DNA of 64,000 bases from Schizosaccharomyces osmophilus (Eukaryota): contig NC_079239.1 of assembly GCF_027921745.1 (NCBI RefSeq), forward strand, positions 2,604,001 through 2,668,000, in the 5' to 3' direction. The position numbers and the translations under genes were made by a program. Below, in pieces: positions 1 through 11,493 of this stretch; the first letter of the stretch is position 1; every line of letters starts with the position of its first letter. The notes below the pieces were generated by a model. That model was not told the DNA's origin. It made no database searches and saw only the letters and a list, made by a program, of their open reading frames with translations.

Positions 1-3000
1 ACACACATTGATCAGCTCTGTCATCTGTTAGGTATACCACCTGAAGCTTTTATAAATGCAGTTTTGCATCCAAAAACAAAGGCAGGGAGAGAATGGATTG
101 TTAATGCACGTACAAAGGAGCAGGTTCTACATACTCTTCAATCACTCGCAAAGAGTTTGTATGAAAGAAATTTTGCATTCTTAGTTGATAAGCTAAATCG
201 GACAATGTATCAGACTCAGAATGATAACAAGTACTTTATAGGCGTCTTAGATATTGCGGGATTCGAAATCTTTGCGCACAATAGCTTTGAGCAACTCTGT
301 ATTAATTACACGAACGAAAAGCTTCAACAGTTTTTTAATCATTACATGTTCATTCTGGAGCAAGAAGAATATTCTCAAGAAAAAATTGAGTGGGATTTCG
401 TTGATTATGGTAATGACTTGCAGCCAACCATAGATGTAATCGAAAAGTCAGAACCGATTGGCATCCTTTCTTGCTTAGACGAAGATTGTGTTATGCCAAT
501 GACAACAGACAATACCTTTACGGAGAAGCTACATTTGCTTTTGAAAGGAAAGTCTGACATTTACCATCCTAAAAGGTTCTCGTCAGAAGGATTTGTTTTG
601 CGACATTATGCCGGTAATGTTGTTTATTCTACCGAAGGATGGTTGGAAAAGAATAAAGATCCTCTTAACTCTAACCTCGCAAATTTAATATCCCAATCTT
701 CAAATATGCATATATCTTCCCTTTTTTCTGATTACTCTTCTGGGAACACTTTGAATGGTGATCATTATGAAAAGAAGGGTATTTTCCGTACCGTTTCTCA
801 AAGACACAGACGACATCTTAATACTCTAATGAAGCAACTAGAAGCTACACAACCGCATTTCGTCCGTTGTATTATTCCAAATAGCATAAAGAAGCCTAAA
901 TTTATTGAGAAAGGACTAGTTTTAAACCAGCTACGATGTAATGGTGTTTTGGAAGGAATTCGAATTGCCCAGACTGGGTTTCCTAACAAGCTGTTGTACA
1001 CAGAGTTTCGATCTAGATACGGGATTCTATCAAATACACTAGAAAGGGGTTATGTAGAAGCAAAAAAGGCTACTGTGGCTATTATAAAGGAGTTGGATTT
1101 ATCTAGAAGCGTCTATAGACTAGGTAAAACCAAAGTTTTTTTCAAGGCTAATGTGCTTGGGTTTCTCGAAGATCGAAGAAATGCGATGCTGCGAAATATT
1201 TTTAAAGCCTTTTCTTCTACAATAAGGGGATTTCTTGTACGACGTCGCCTTTATCGGTTAAACCATCGCCAGGACGCTGCTATTGTTTTACAGCATAACT
1301 TAAGAGAATTGAATGTTTTAGGGAAGCACCCTTGGTGGCATTTATTTTTAAAATTGAAACCTTTATTGGGGACAACTCAAACCGATGAATATCTACGTCG
1401 TAAAGATGCACTCATCAATAACCTTAGAATTCAATTAGAAAAAGCAGAATTGGTTTCTGTTGAACTAGAGGCTAATCGTCAGCAAATTTCAAGCATTTCG
1501 AAGGAGCTGAGTGAGGAACAGGCGGTTTCGAAAGAAAAAGAGATTCTAGTTGAGCGAGCCAATTCTAGAGTTGAAGTTATAAATGAGCGACTTTCCGATT
1601 TGGTAGAACAATTGCACATAAGTCATGATAAATATACTTCATTGTACAATGAAAAGAAGGAGACTGACGAGCAATTTGAGAAATCCAAATCCTTAACGAA
1701 TCATCTTCAAGGATTAATTTCGACTTTGCAAGAAAAGTTGGATTCTTCTGTTGCAGCAAATGAAGAAACGAAAAGAAAATACAAAGAGATGGAATCATCT
1801 CATATTAATTTACAGGCAGATTATGAGCACTATGCACAGCTGTTAGATTCTCAACGAAGTACTTTAGCGGAAGAGCAAACGAAACTTGACAGGTTAAAAC
1901 AAAGTAAAAACAAGCTAGAGGAAGAAATTCTTTTTAAAGGCAATTTACACAAAGCAGAAGTGGACGAATATAAGTCTGAAAACTCTAGTCTGAAAAACCA
2001 ATGCAATATCTATGAATCTCAAATTGCTAGCCTGGTATCTGATTATTCTAGGACTGAATCCGAGTTGAATAAAAAAGAATCTGAAATCTTAATGTTTCAA
2101 ACGGAACTTGCTGAATACAGAGATCAACTCGCTAGTTCTTTAAAAAAACGTGCTTCAGATGCTCTCGGAGAGGAGGAGGCATTGTCCCTTGACAGTCAAG
2201 AAAGTACATATTCGTCTTCTTCAACTACTCTTTCGATTTTAAAAGATGTTCAAGAATTAAAGACGTTGCATTCTAAAGAAGCAGTACAACTTTCTGGTAG
2301 GATAAAAGATGTTACTCAACTGCTCGAGCAGAGCATGGCTACCGAAGATAAGCTGCGCTTAAAAAATAATGAGCTGTCAGATATTGTTGAAGCTTTGAAA
2401 TATCAAATGCAAGAACAGGACAGGGAGATTCTTGAAGCAAATGCTGCTAATGTGAATCTTCAAAAGACCAATGATGTCTTGGAAAAAAATGCAACAGACT
2501 TTATTGACTTGCAAAGTGTAAAAACGCGCTATGAATGTAAAGTATCGGAATTATTCTCGCAGTTACATAAAGAACGAAAAAGGGCTGAACAACTAAAGAC
2601 GAAGCTTGAATCTTTCGGTAATAATGAAAAGGAAAATTATCATCACGGGATTTCAAAAGAAAACGAACCAATGAAAGGTACAAGAAAGGAAAGTCTTCGA
2701 AGGATTACTGATTTACTTTCTTCAGCAATGAATTCTTCAACTTTTGAAAAGTACCATCTGGAAATGCTTCTTAATGCATTACAGCAACAAATTTCAGAGT
2801 TTGACTTAAGTCTTCCTCAAAAAAGCCTGCTTTCTTCTAATTTAGAATCTTTAAAAAGAAGATCGTCAGTAGGAAGGAACATTGAACCTGCTTTGTCGCC
2901 TTCTAAGACCAACAATGGCGATTCCTCAAACTTGACGAAAATGCTTCAAGGTTCTCCTAGCAAGCGCTCTGGAAAAATGGAGGCCCTTATACGAAACTTT

Positions 3001-4989
3001 GATCAGAATAATACTTCCTTTTTATTTGAACCTAATAAAGAAGAGGGAAACCAGAAATCTATGAATCTTCGCTCAGAAATTATGAAACTGAATTTTAATT
3101 TAGAAGAAGCAAAACGAAATGGAATTTTAGATTCTAGCACCGTTGATAGTGGTGTTACTGCCGCAATGCAGTCTTTATTGGAAGAAAATCAAGCGCTGAA
3201 AGCTACGGCGACGACGAATGTAAGCATTGAAAGTTCACCTGGCGAGCAAGAACAATTATTAAATGAAGTTCCCGCTCGATTACAAGGTGATTTAAGGAGG
3301 CACTTTGATCAGCTGCGCCAATCCAAAGAGACATTGTTAAAACTGCACAACATTACTGAGGACAAGCTACATTCGGCTGATCTAGCACTTAAAGAAACAA
3401 CAAAAGAAAGAGACCATTTGCTGCGTAACTTCTCTACACCGACCAAACCTTCCTTTATTGTCAACGATGAAACAGAAGATCTTGGGTTTGACAGCTCAGA
3501 TGGCCTTGATGAACAGAAGCTAGAAGAAGTTAATCTTTTACGGATGAGAAAATTGGAAAGCGCTCTTTCGAAATATAGGAATCGTCTCGGTGAGTTTCAG
3601 TTGCGCCATGAAAACTCTGAGTCATCTATCCACAAACTAGAACGTGCTAAGATGGGTCTCTCGAATAAATTAGCGGAAAGAGAAACCTACATAGCTGAAC
3701 TGCTTGGCACTCGAAAGAAGATGGAGATGGCGCTATTGGAGTCAAATGCCAAGCAAAAAGAGTTTGAAATACTCTATTATGAAAGAAATAATGATTTGTT
3801 GGAAATAAGGCAACACAGAGAAAAGTTGATGAAACAAATTGACGAATTTAACGCAGTACGTGTTCAAGATCTAGAAGAGCGTGAACGGAAAGACGAATTA
3901 TTATTCCAGCGTTACCAAAAGGAGCTCAACGGATTTAAGGTACAGCTAGAAGAAGAACGAGAGAAAAATTTGCGGATACGGCAAAACAACCGACATGTGC
4001 ATTTAGAAGTCGGAGAGTTAAGAACGAAGGTTGATGGACTAATTCTGGAAAAAACAGGTTTAGTGAAAGAAACTTCACGTTTACAATCCGAAATGCAATC
4101 GATGTATAAGGTAAAGAACAATTCTTCGGCGGCACATCGAACAGCGCAATCACAATTGCTTAATCTGACGTCGCAACTGCAAGAAATTCGAGAAGTGAAT
4201 GAGCACCTTCGTTCCGAACAAAACAATTTGCTTAATGAAAAACGTAGTCTTGAACAGAAAGTGCAGGAAGTGACAAGTCAATTGAACAATTCTAAATTCT
4301 CCGAATACTCCCCAGAACTAGCTGATACTGAGAAGGAAATGGCTGATTTGCGGGCAAGCATGGAGCAGAAAGATGAACTGTTAACGTCACTAGTAGACAG
4401 AATGAAGCAAATGGAGTTCTTTGCCTCTGAAACTCAAAAAGATAGCAACCAACACCGTGAAGAAAATTTGAATCTACATCGGCAAACTGGAGTTTTAGAA
4501 AATGAAAAGAAAGAGCTGGAGCTCCGATTATTTGATTTGGATGCTAAGAGCTACCCATTGAGTTCATCGAAAGATGTTCGAATGCTTCAAAAACAAATTG
4601 CAGAATTAGAGAGCTCTGTTGCGGACTCGGACAAGGAACGCATTAAGGGACTCGATGAATGCAGGCTCCGAGATCGTAGTATTCGTCATCTAGAAGCTCG
4701 TGTTCGAAAGTTTGATGAAGAAAAGCAAAATCTGTCGGCATCCATTTCTCATCTGGAAGATCGGAATAGTCTTTTGTATAATCAACTAGAAGATACAAAA
4801 GCATCTGAAACGCATTACAAATTAGCTTTGCAAAGAGCAGAGCACGAGGTTCAAGAGGAACGAGAAAACCTTGCGAATCTGGAACGAGACCTAGAAAAAT
4901 ATCGACTCATACTTGAAGGTCAACGAGCTAGGCGTTTAGACAGTCGATTGTCAATGCGTTCTAGTACAAAGTCTCCGTCAATGCATTGA
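1..4989 (+). CDS. myp2: Myosin II heavy chain (Myp2/Myo3), 5'-truncated by window edge
   Basis: Motor motifs LDIAGFE, FEQLCINYTNEKLQQFFN, PHFVRCIIPN, QLRCNGVLEGIRI, then a long coiled-coil tail. Frame is open from base 1. Adjacent to isp6 as in S. pombe. Confidence 0.92.
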   Translation, partial: THIDQLCHLLGIPPEAFINAVLHPKTKAGREWIVNARTKEQVLHTLQSLAKSLYERNFAFLVDKLNRTMYQTQNDNKYFIGVLDIAGFEIFAHNSFEQLCINYTNEKLQQFFNHYMFILEQEEYSQEKIEWDFVDYGNDLQPTIDVIEKSEPIGILSCLDEDCVMPMTTDNTFTEKLHLLLKGKSDIYHPKRFSSEGFVLRHYAGNVVYSTEGWLEKNKDPLNSNLANLISQSSNMHISSLFSDYSSGNTLNGDHYEKKGIFRTVSQRHRRHLNTLMKQLEATQPHFVRCIIPNSIKKPKFIEKGLVLNQLRCNGVLEGIRIAQTGFPNKLLYTEFRSRYGILSNTLERGYVEAKKATVAIIKELDLSRSVYRLGKTKVFFKANVLGFLEDRRNAMLRNIFKAFSSTIRGFLVRRRLYRLNHRQDAAIVLQHNLRELNVLGKHPWWHLFLKLKPLLGTTQTDEYLRRKDALINNLRIQLEKAELVSVELEANRQQISSISKELSEEQAVSKEKEILVERANSRVEVINERLSDLVEQLHISHDKYTSLYNEKKETDEQFEKSKSLTNHLQGLISTLQEKLDSSVAANEETKRKYKEMESSHINLQADYEHYAQLLDSQRSTLAEEQTKLDRLKQSKNKLEEEILFKGNLHKAEVDEYKSENSSLKNQCNIYESQIASLVSDYSRTESELNKKESEILMFQTELAEYRDQLASSLKKRASDALGEEEALSLDSQESTYSSSSTTLSILKDVQELKTLHSKEAVQLSGRIKDVTQLLEQSMATEDKLRLKNNELSDIVEALKYQMQEQDREILEANAANVNLQKTNDVLEKNATDFIDLQSVKTRYECKVSELFSQLHKERKRAEQLKTKLESFGNNEKENYHHGISKENEPMKGTRKESLRRITDLLSSAMNSSTFEKYHLEMLLNALQQQISEFDLSLPQKSLLSSNLESLKRRSSVGRNIEPALSPSKTNNGDSSNLTKMLQGSPSKRSGKMEALIRNFDQNNTSFLFEPNKEEGNQKSMNLRSEIMKLNFNLEEAKRNGILDSSTVDSGVTAAMQSLLEENQALKATATTNVSIESSPGEQEQLLNEVPARLQGDLRRHFDQLRQSKETLLKLHNITEDKLHSADLALKETTKERDHLLRNFSTPTKPSFIVNDETEDLGFDSSDGLDEQKLEEVNLLRMRKLESALSKYRNRLGEFQLRHENSESSIHKLERAKMGLSNKLAERETYIAELLGTRKKMEMALLESNAKQKEFEILYYERNNDLLEIRQHREKLMKQIDEFNAVRVQDLEERERKDELLFQRYQKELNGFKVQLEEEREKNLRIRQNNRHVHLEVGELRTKVDGLILEKTGLVKETSRLQSEMQSMYKVKNNSSAAHRTAQSQLLNLTSQLQEIREVNEHLRSEQNNLLNEKRSLEQKVQEVTSQLNNSKFSEYSPELADTEKEMADLRASMEQKDELLTSLVDRMKQMEFFASETQKDSNQHREENLNLHRQTGVLENEKKELELRLFDLDAKSYPLSSSKDVRMLQKQIAELESSVADSDKERIKGLDECRLRDRSIRHLEARVRKFDEEKQNLSASISHLEDRNSLLYNQLEDTKASETHYKLALQRAEHEVQEERENLANLERDLEKYRLILEGQRARRLDSRLSMRSSTKSPSMH

Positions 4990-5600
4990 TTTCTTGCATG
5001 TTTTAAATTGCTTTGCTTTTCTTGTTTTTATCAATCCTTTTATTTAGTCTTATTTCTTTAATTATCGGTTCCCACAAGTCCTAAATCGCTTATAAATTTG
5101 AATTTACCGACCTCCCATACTTTTTATTGAGAAATGATTCTTGTTTTTAATATGTATATATTTCTATGTTTATCGACCTTTTTACATTTTTACATTCCTG
5201 ATGCACTCTTCTCGTGGAACGAGACCTTGAGTATGAAAATTCTTGAATTATTACTTTCTTCCTCTATTTCCAAACGTTTCCTAATGACATATCTATGTGT
5301 ATGTGAAAGACACTAGCCCAGCATGCTACAATAATGATTATAAAATATTTGTAAACGAATTGAATTGTGTTGTTAGTTTTAAGCATATGTTATGAGCATT
5401 ATCATTATTCACATTATGTCAATAAAAATATTCATAACAATTTATAGATCATAAAAAGGGTGTGTGTAATATAGATACAATAGTTTGTCATCGTCAGTGA
5501 ACGGTTCTTCAAAAGAACAACCGAGACATTCTAACGGGTTCATTTGATTCATAAGCAATAATGTAGTAGTAGTTCATAAAGGAATTTGAGTGCTCATAAT

Positions 5601-7025
5601 TTAAGCACCATTGTAACCAAGGAGGTTGGGAGTGTCTTGAACACCAGCGAGGTTAATGGCATTCTTGGTAGCTTGTTTAACAAGAGCATCCTTAACGTCA
5701 GTGGAGCTAGAATCGGGGTGCAATCCAAGGTAGTAAGCAGCCAAACCAGCAACGTGAGGAGTTGCCATGGAAGTACCAGAGATAGTGTTGGTGTTACGGT
5801 TGTTGGAACCAATCCAAGTAGACAAGATGTTGACACCAGGAGCAATAATGTCGACGCACTTACCATAGTTCGAGAAGTAGGCAAGTTGGTCATTGACATT
5901 AGAAGCAGCAACGGTGATGGCCAACTTGGAAGCAGCGGGAGAAGAGTAGCAAGCATCATCGAATTCGTTACCAGCAGCAACGGCATACAAAATACCCTTC
6001 TTGACGGCAGAGTCGACGGCAAAGTCCAAAACAAAGCTGCTGCCACCACCAAGAGACATGTTAGCAACGGCAGTCTTCTTGCTATTCTTGGATTGGTGGT
6101 CCTTGACAGTCCATTCAACACCAGAAATAACGTCAGACATACTACCGGAACCGTTGGAACGGAGAACCTTGACAGCGACAATCTGGGCCTTCTTTGCGAC
6201 ACCATAAGCACGGCTAGCAATGGTACCAGCAACGTGAGTACCGTGACCATTACCATCCTCGTCAGCATCGTTGGTAGGAATGGTCTTACCCCATTTAGCA
6301 CGGCCCTCGAATTCAACGTGGTGAATGTTGACACCAGTGTCGACAACATAAGCAGTAGCACCATCACCAGCAGAGCTGTCGTAGACATACTTACCGTTGG
6401 TCTCGGAAGTCAAGTGGGCGCGGTGGGAGACACGAGAAAGACCCCAGGGAGCACCGGATTGAGTGGACTTGTCCTTGATGGTAACAACTTGGTCGCGTTC
6501 GACAGCAATAACATGAGGATGAAGACGAATTTGTTCAACGACATCAGCGCTGAATTGACCAGCGTAACCCTTGAAAGCACTTTCGCCAAAGTCGTAGATG
6601 TGCTTCAAACCAAACATGTAGTTGCTATCTTCAGGGCCATAAAAGGTGTTGGCTTGCATGATATTCTCTTGGTGAACTTCTCCCACCCAAGAAGTATGCT
6701 CGTACAAGTCTTGTTGGCTGATAGAAGAGTCCAAAATGATGATGTAGTGAGACTCTAAACCAGCAGTGTCGGCGTTGGTTGCAGACAACAGAGGAGCAGA
6801 ATTGGCTCCATTGTACGCGGTAGCAGCATGATGCTTGGGCTTGGACTTGGGCTTTTCGTGAACGATGTTGCTATCGCTCTTGATAAAGTCAGCAACTTCT
6901 GGACGAATACCGGCATGGATGTTCTCCAAATCATTCGAATGGATTACAGGAGCAGCCATGGCGGAAGAAGCCATCAAACTGAGCCCTGCAAGAGCAGAAA
7001 AAAATCCTGAACCAAATACCTTCAT
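5601..7025 (-). CDS. isp6: Vacuolar subtilisin-like serine protease (proteinase B family)
   Basis: Signal peptide from ATG 7025 (MKVFGSGFF), propeptide, and S8 catalytic motifs VVDTG, HGTHVAG, GTSMATPHVAG. N-terminus resembles S. pombe Isp6. Confidence 0.9.
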   Translation of the reverse strand: MKVFGSGFFSALAGLSLMASSAMAAPVIHSNDLENIHAGIRPEVADFIKSDSNIVHEKPKSKPKHHAATAYNGANSAPLLSATNADTAGLESHYIIILDSSISQQDLYEHTSWVGEVHQENIMQANTFYGPEDSNYMFGLKHIYDFGESAFKGYAGQFSADVVEQIRLHPHVIAVERDQVVTIKDKSTQSGAPWGLSRVSHRAHLTSETNGKYVYDSSAGDGATAYVVDTGVNIHHVEFEGRAKWGKTIPTNDADEDGNGHGTHVAGTIASRAYGVAKKAQIVAVKVLRSNGSGSMSDVISGVEWTVKDHQSKNSKKTAVANMSLGGGSSFVLDFAVDSAVKKGILYAVAAGNEFDDACYSSPAASKLAITVAASNVNDQLAYFSNYGKCVDIIAPGVNILSTWIGSNNRNTNTISGTSMATPHVAGLAAYYLGLHPDSSSTDVKDALVKQATKNAINLAGVQDTPNLLGYNGA

Positions 7026-8654
7026 ATTAGAAAGAATGTGGAGAAACTTGGAGGGAAAGAAATCTATGAAAAGAGTTTTGCAAGTGGGATATGCGAAAAA
7101 GACGAGAAAAATGAAAGAATCTTTGTCTCGCTGAAAATTGGGATTTGGGTACAAAAGTTATCTAGGGGCGCAAGTTCAAGTGCGAGCACGGTAGATATTA
7201 TAAAATTATAGCAAATGAAAAAGACAATGTTGTGAATTGGAATGTCAAGATCAAAGGCAATACCAGAAGAATTTTTATAAGCAATTCTTCTTCAGTCTTT
7301 GATCTGTGTAAGGAAACGGGCAGCGATGGCTTATGGTATATTTGAAGGCGATTTCATCCATTATATATAGTTGAGTTTATCTTCATACCCTAACCCTCCT
7401 CCATCATGCATGGATTATCTTGTGCATATAGTGCGATAACATACGCTTTCGATACACAATGTATACAAATTACAATTGTACAATTCAATTGGTAAATTTT
7501 ATAAACCGTAAGATTTATTCCGTTTCGTTACCAATTGCTCCTCTTTGCTTGCCATTGTTTATTCCTTTTGCCTGTTTGCCTTTTCGTTAGTGCTTCCCCC
7601 CCCATTGCACTTTCTTTCGAACGCTGATCTATCGGTTATGTCACCTGCACTTTATTTGATTCTGGCAAATCAGAGCTTTGCGTGCCGCTAGTTTGATGTA
7701 ATTATCAAGAGACTATAATAAACAAGCTATTTGTATTAACGAATAATTCCGTTGATAGTATATTATCGAGTCATCGCTTAACTCACAATGTTCTTTGCGG
7801 TGACGAAGACAATTCGCAATTTTATTGCCAATTCGCTAAGATTGCGCTGAGGCTGACGGATCAGCTCAGTGTTTAGAATTGGTTCGTCAACGGAATGGAT
7901 CACTCATACTACTAATAAAAGTTCCTTCTAGTGATCAGGAAGGATAGCTTCGATCCGTCAAGAATCATCTTTGCTATCTCTTTGAATTGGCCATGGACTT
8001 TCATGCATTGCAAAGGCGTAGCTGTTGCGTAAACCTCTACAAGAAAAGCGATAGTTGCCCCTTCATCTCTATTCTTTCTATACCATTTGCTTACTAAATG
8101 TTTCGCTACAAAACGGTGTTTTAAAATTGGGTAGTGTGTTGGAGCTTGTTCAATACTGGCTTCCGCTGCTTAAAAAAGTACAGTAAGCCTTATTGGGTGG
8201 TGCACTAAAACTTGTTGTGCTATTTAATGGACTACAGTAGAGTACCTTCAATTGCTACATCATAACGTAACATGCTGTGTCGTATCTCTCTATCTCGTAC
8301 AATTCCTTTCCTTGGTTCAGTTCTTTTTTTATAAACAAACCTTGTAATTTCAGGTGAATTATTGATTGAGGATTCTTTCTCAATTTGTAAATACAAGAGC
8401 CTCGGAAATTCTTCTTTATCATCGTGGGATCCTTCTGAGAGAAAAGGATCCCTGTTGCTGCTCTCTGTCCTTGGCAGGCACGGTGTGTCGTTTCTTCTAT
8501 TTTCCTACCTATATTTTTTTCTGACTGCATGTCGTAAAAGTTGATTTCATTTTCATTTTCAATTTTTATAATTTATTCTTTACTGATAAACGCATTCTTC
8601 CACTCGTTTTTCACCTTTTCAGTGATCTGATACACAAATTTTACAAACCCTCAC

Positions 8655-9929
8655 ATGGCGAGCTTTCTAAATGCAAATCGATTCCTGCAACGGTCAGCTT
8701 GTTTGCACCCAAGCTTTCCATTCAAGGCGCCGCGTGGTTTTGGGAAATGCACGACGAGAAATTTAAAACAATACTATACGCCCGCTTCTGGACCATACCT
8801 TCGTGTTTCCATGACAAAGGCCCCTCAAAGTTTGGGTCTGTGTTCTGCTAGAGGCGACTCTCTCGAAAATCAGGATCGTCTCTCGTTTGGCTACCTGGAC
8901 AAGCTCAAAGCTCCCATTTTCTTAAACGACGAAGAGGCTCCTGTACAGTCTTTGAGTTCCAACAATTCCTCAGACGCTAATTTCAGTAAGGGATCTGGAC
9001 TGTTTGGTTCTTTTCCAAATTTCGATAGTCCCTTTGTATATGGAATCTTCGATGGTCACGGCGGTGTCGAATGTAGTGAGTTTTTGAGTAATCACTTGGG
9101 CCATATAATAGAAAGACAAGATTTTTCGCGCGCTGAAGAGTTGCTTCAGGAAGCCAGGTCCTTGGGCGGTTACATGTTCTCCTTGGAACCACCTTTTTCA
9201 CTGGCTTCTGTCCTGAAATCTCGCGATGAGGACATGATTTGGAGGGCTAGACTCTATTATTCCTTTTTAGAAGCAGATTTAATTTATTTGAAGGAATATG
9301 CCAAGCTCTCTCCTGATCGTGCTGTTCCTGGTGCCGTAGGAACGGTGGTCGTTCTTACTTCAAAAAACAACAAATCGTATTGGGAAAGTGACAGCTATAC
9401 GATTCAGCTAGCTCATGTCGGAGACACACGAGCGATTTTATGTGATTCTCGTACTGGACGAGCACATCGTTTAACGTTCCAGCATAATCCTACCGATTTC
9501 GAAGAATCGCGAAGACTTCGTCACTATAATCTTGGGTTTTCTAGTGACTCTTTTGGTGAAAAGCGATATGCCTGGGTTGCAAATACTCGAAGTTTTGGTG
9601 ACGGTCTAAAATTAAAGAGGCTCGGTGTCGTTGCTGAACCACAACTCACATCCATTCATTCTTTAAGAGATGACTGGTCTTTTTTGACTTTGCTTTCGGA
9701 CGGGGTTACCCAGGTGGTATCGGATGATGAAGTGGTCGACATCATTAAATTGTCCGAGTCTCCTCAGGATGCTGCAAATAACATTATTAGATATGCACAA
9801 AATGTCGGCTCTGTAGATGATATTACCTGTTTGGTAATTCGGTTACCTGGTTGGAAAAAGCGTACTATGAATGACTTTACTAAAAATCTGCGATTAGAAA
9901 AGTCTTTTTACGTACCAAGAAAGAGTTAA
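8655..9929 (+). CDS. ptc4: Mitochondrial PP2C protein phosphatase
   Basis: PP2C motifs GIFDGHGG, HVGDTRA, LSDG, DDIT; basic N-terminal presequence; synteny. Confidence 0.88.
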   Translation: MASFLNANRFLQRSACLHPSFPFKAPRGFGKCTTRNLKQYYTPASGPYLRVSMTKAPQSLGLCSARGDSLENQDRLSFGYLDKLKAPIFLNDEEAPVQSLSSNNSSDANFSKGSGLFGSFPNFDSPFVYGIFDGHGGVECSEFLSNHLGHIIERQDFSRAEELLQEARSLGGYMFSLEPPFSLASVLKSRDEDMIWRARLYYSFLEADLIYLKEYAKLSPDRAVPGAVGTVVVLTSKNNKSYWESDSYTIQLAHVGDTRAILCDSRTGRAHRLTFQHNPTDFEESRRLRHYNLGFSSDSFGEKRYAWVANTRSFGDGLKLKRLGVVAEPQLTSIHSLRDDWSFLTLLSDGVTQVVSDDEVVDIIKLSESPQDAANNIIRYAQNVGSVDDITCLVIRLPGWKKRTMNDFTKNLRLEKSFYVPRKS

Positions 9930-10294
9930 TCTATGGCTATTTATGTGAAACTATTCAATAATTTTTCCCTTTCTCTCGTTTTTAATATATCTTTGATTTC
10001 CATCCTTCTCTCCTATTTCGTTCAAGAACTTCTTGAGTAAGTATATGCCATATTGGTTTTCTAGTTCTTTTCCTTTTCTTTTTGGTTGCTGCTTCCTAAT
10101 ATCAGTTAGAATTTAATTTCCTTTGTAATACATACTATACACTTCGATCTATATAGTCTATCTAATGGAGTAAATGTTTTCTATTTTTCATTCTTTTTTT
10201 ATCACCATCTCTTGATTTTATAAATGAATTTTTAAGACAGTTTAGCATGCTTCCATCAATACTACTTTTATCTTTTGAACTTGATGAAGACAAA

Positions 10295-10366
10295 TCCGTC
10301 ATGGTCCAGTGGCTAGGATTCATCGCTCTCACCGATGCGGCGGGGGTTCGATTCCCCCTGACGGAA
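10295..10366 (+). tRNA. tRNA-Glu(CTC)
   Basis: Acceptor stem TCCGTCA/TGACGGA, anticodon arm CATCG-CT CTC AC-CGATG, T loop GGTTCGATTCC, T5 terminator shortly downstream. Confidence 0.95.
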
Positions 10367-10795
10367 ATCTTTTTACTGTGTTATTTTCCAGTGGACAGCA
10401 GAGCGCGTTCCCATACAATTATTTAAAATAAACAAAAATTAAATAAATATAGCTGTAACTATACATCGCCTTCTACCGTAAAAACAACGATTTTTTATTT
10501 ACACTTCAGACTTTTACTACGGAATATGTTGCGGTCAGGTCGCTGTGGCTGCATGAATAAACGAACAAAAATGAATGAACATTTTCATGACTATAAAGTA
10601 AAGTGCTAAAAACTTCAATTTACCATTCAAAACCAGTTTTCTACCTTAGTAATAATTCTTTCATTATCAAAGAGAATGTAAATAAACAAGAATCGTATAA
10701 ACATCATAGTAAAGAGGAACCATGACATCAGTTTTTTTTCTCGATTGAATTCATTGCAAAACCTGCGTGCACTTAGCCAGAAAAGTACAGACAAA

Positions 10796-11270
10796 ATGAC
10801 TAAAATGGATATTGTTCAGCGCTCTATTACCCTAAACGTAAGTGTGATTTTTTTGTTCTGCTCTTACGAGCTTTTAGAGACGTACAAAGGGCTTTTACAT
10901 AGTCACGAGTGAACTCACCAGCAAGTTGCCCGAGATCAAGAATTTCTCTATGGGAACTTTAAACTTGTTTATTCAACATACATCCGCTGCCCTTACTATC
11001 AATGAAAATTGGGACTCAGATACTCGTGATGATTTGAGAGACATCATGGACAAGGTTGTTCCTGAATCCTCTAGCTACCGTCACAATGCTGAGGGTTTAG
11101 ATGACATGCCTGCCCATGCCAAGTCTAGTTTGATCGGACCTAGCCTTACCATCCCTATCTCAAATGGACAGCTAAACTTGGGCACTTGGCAAGATGTCCA
11201 ACTTGCGGAATTTCGCAGATCTCCTCACTCTCGTACAATCGTTTGTACGGTTCAAGGCTTAAGATCATAA
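10796..11270 (+). CDS. UPF0047/YjbQ family protein, 2 exons (10796-10837, 10878-11270), ~144 aa
   Basis: [22 protein letters not shown] and LGTWQ motifs; GTAAGT...TAG intron joins the upstream ATG in frame. Confidence 0.88.
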
Positions 11271-11493
11271 AACTGATTTGTATGAAATGATGTGCTAGTA
11301 AATTTGACAATGAGATGAATTTTTGCCTCTAGTCAACGTTTATTTACCTACTTAAAACTTAGGAAAAAAAAAAGAAAAATACATTAGCAGTATACGTAAT
11401 AATAACTAATCCATGAGATGTCGAAACTTTGGAGATTTTGTCGCTTACTTTTTATAAGCATACGAAGAAGGAAAAAAAACGTCCATGCGTAGC

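Noticed and set aside
5586..6758. 390-aa antisense ORF and 264-aa alternate-frame ORF over isp6
   Set aside because: Shadow ORFs explained by the strong codon bias of a highly expressed gene; TTG/GTG-type starts and no recognisable protein.
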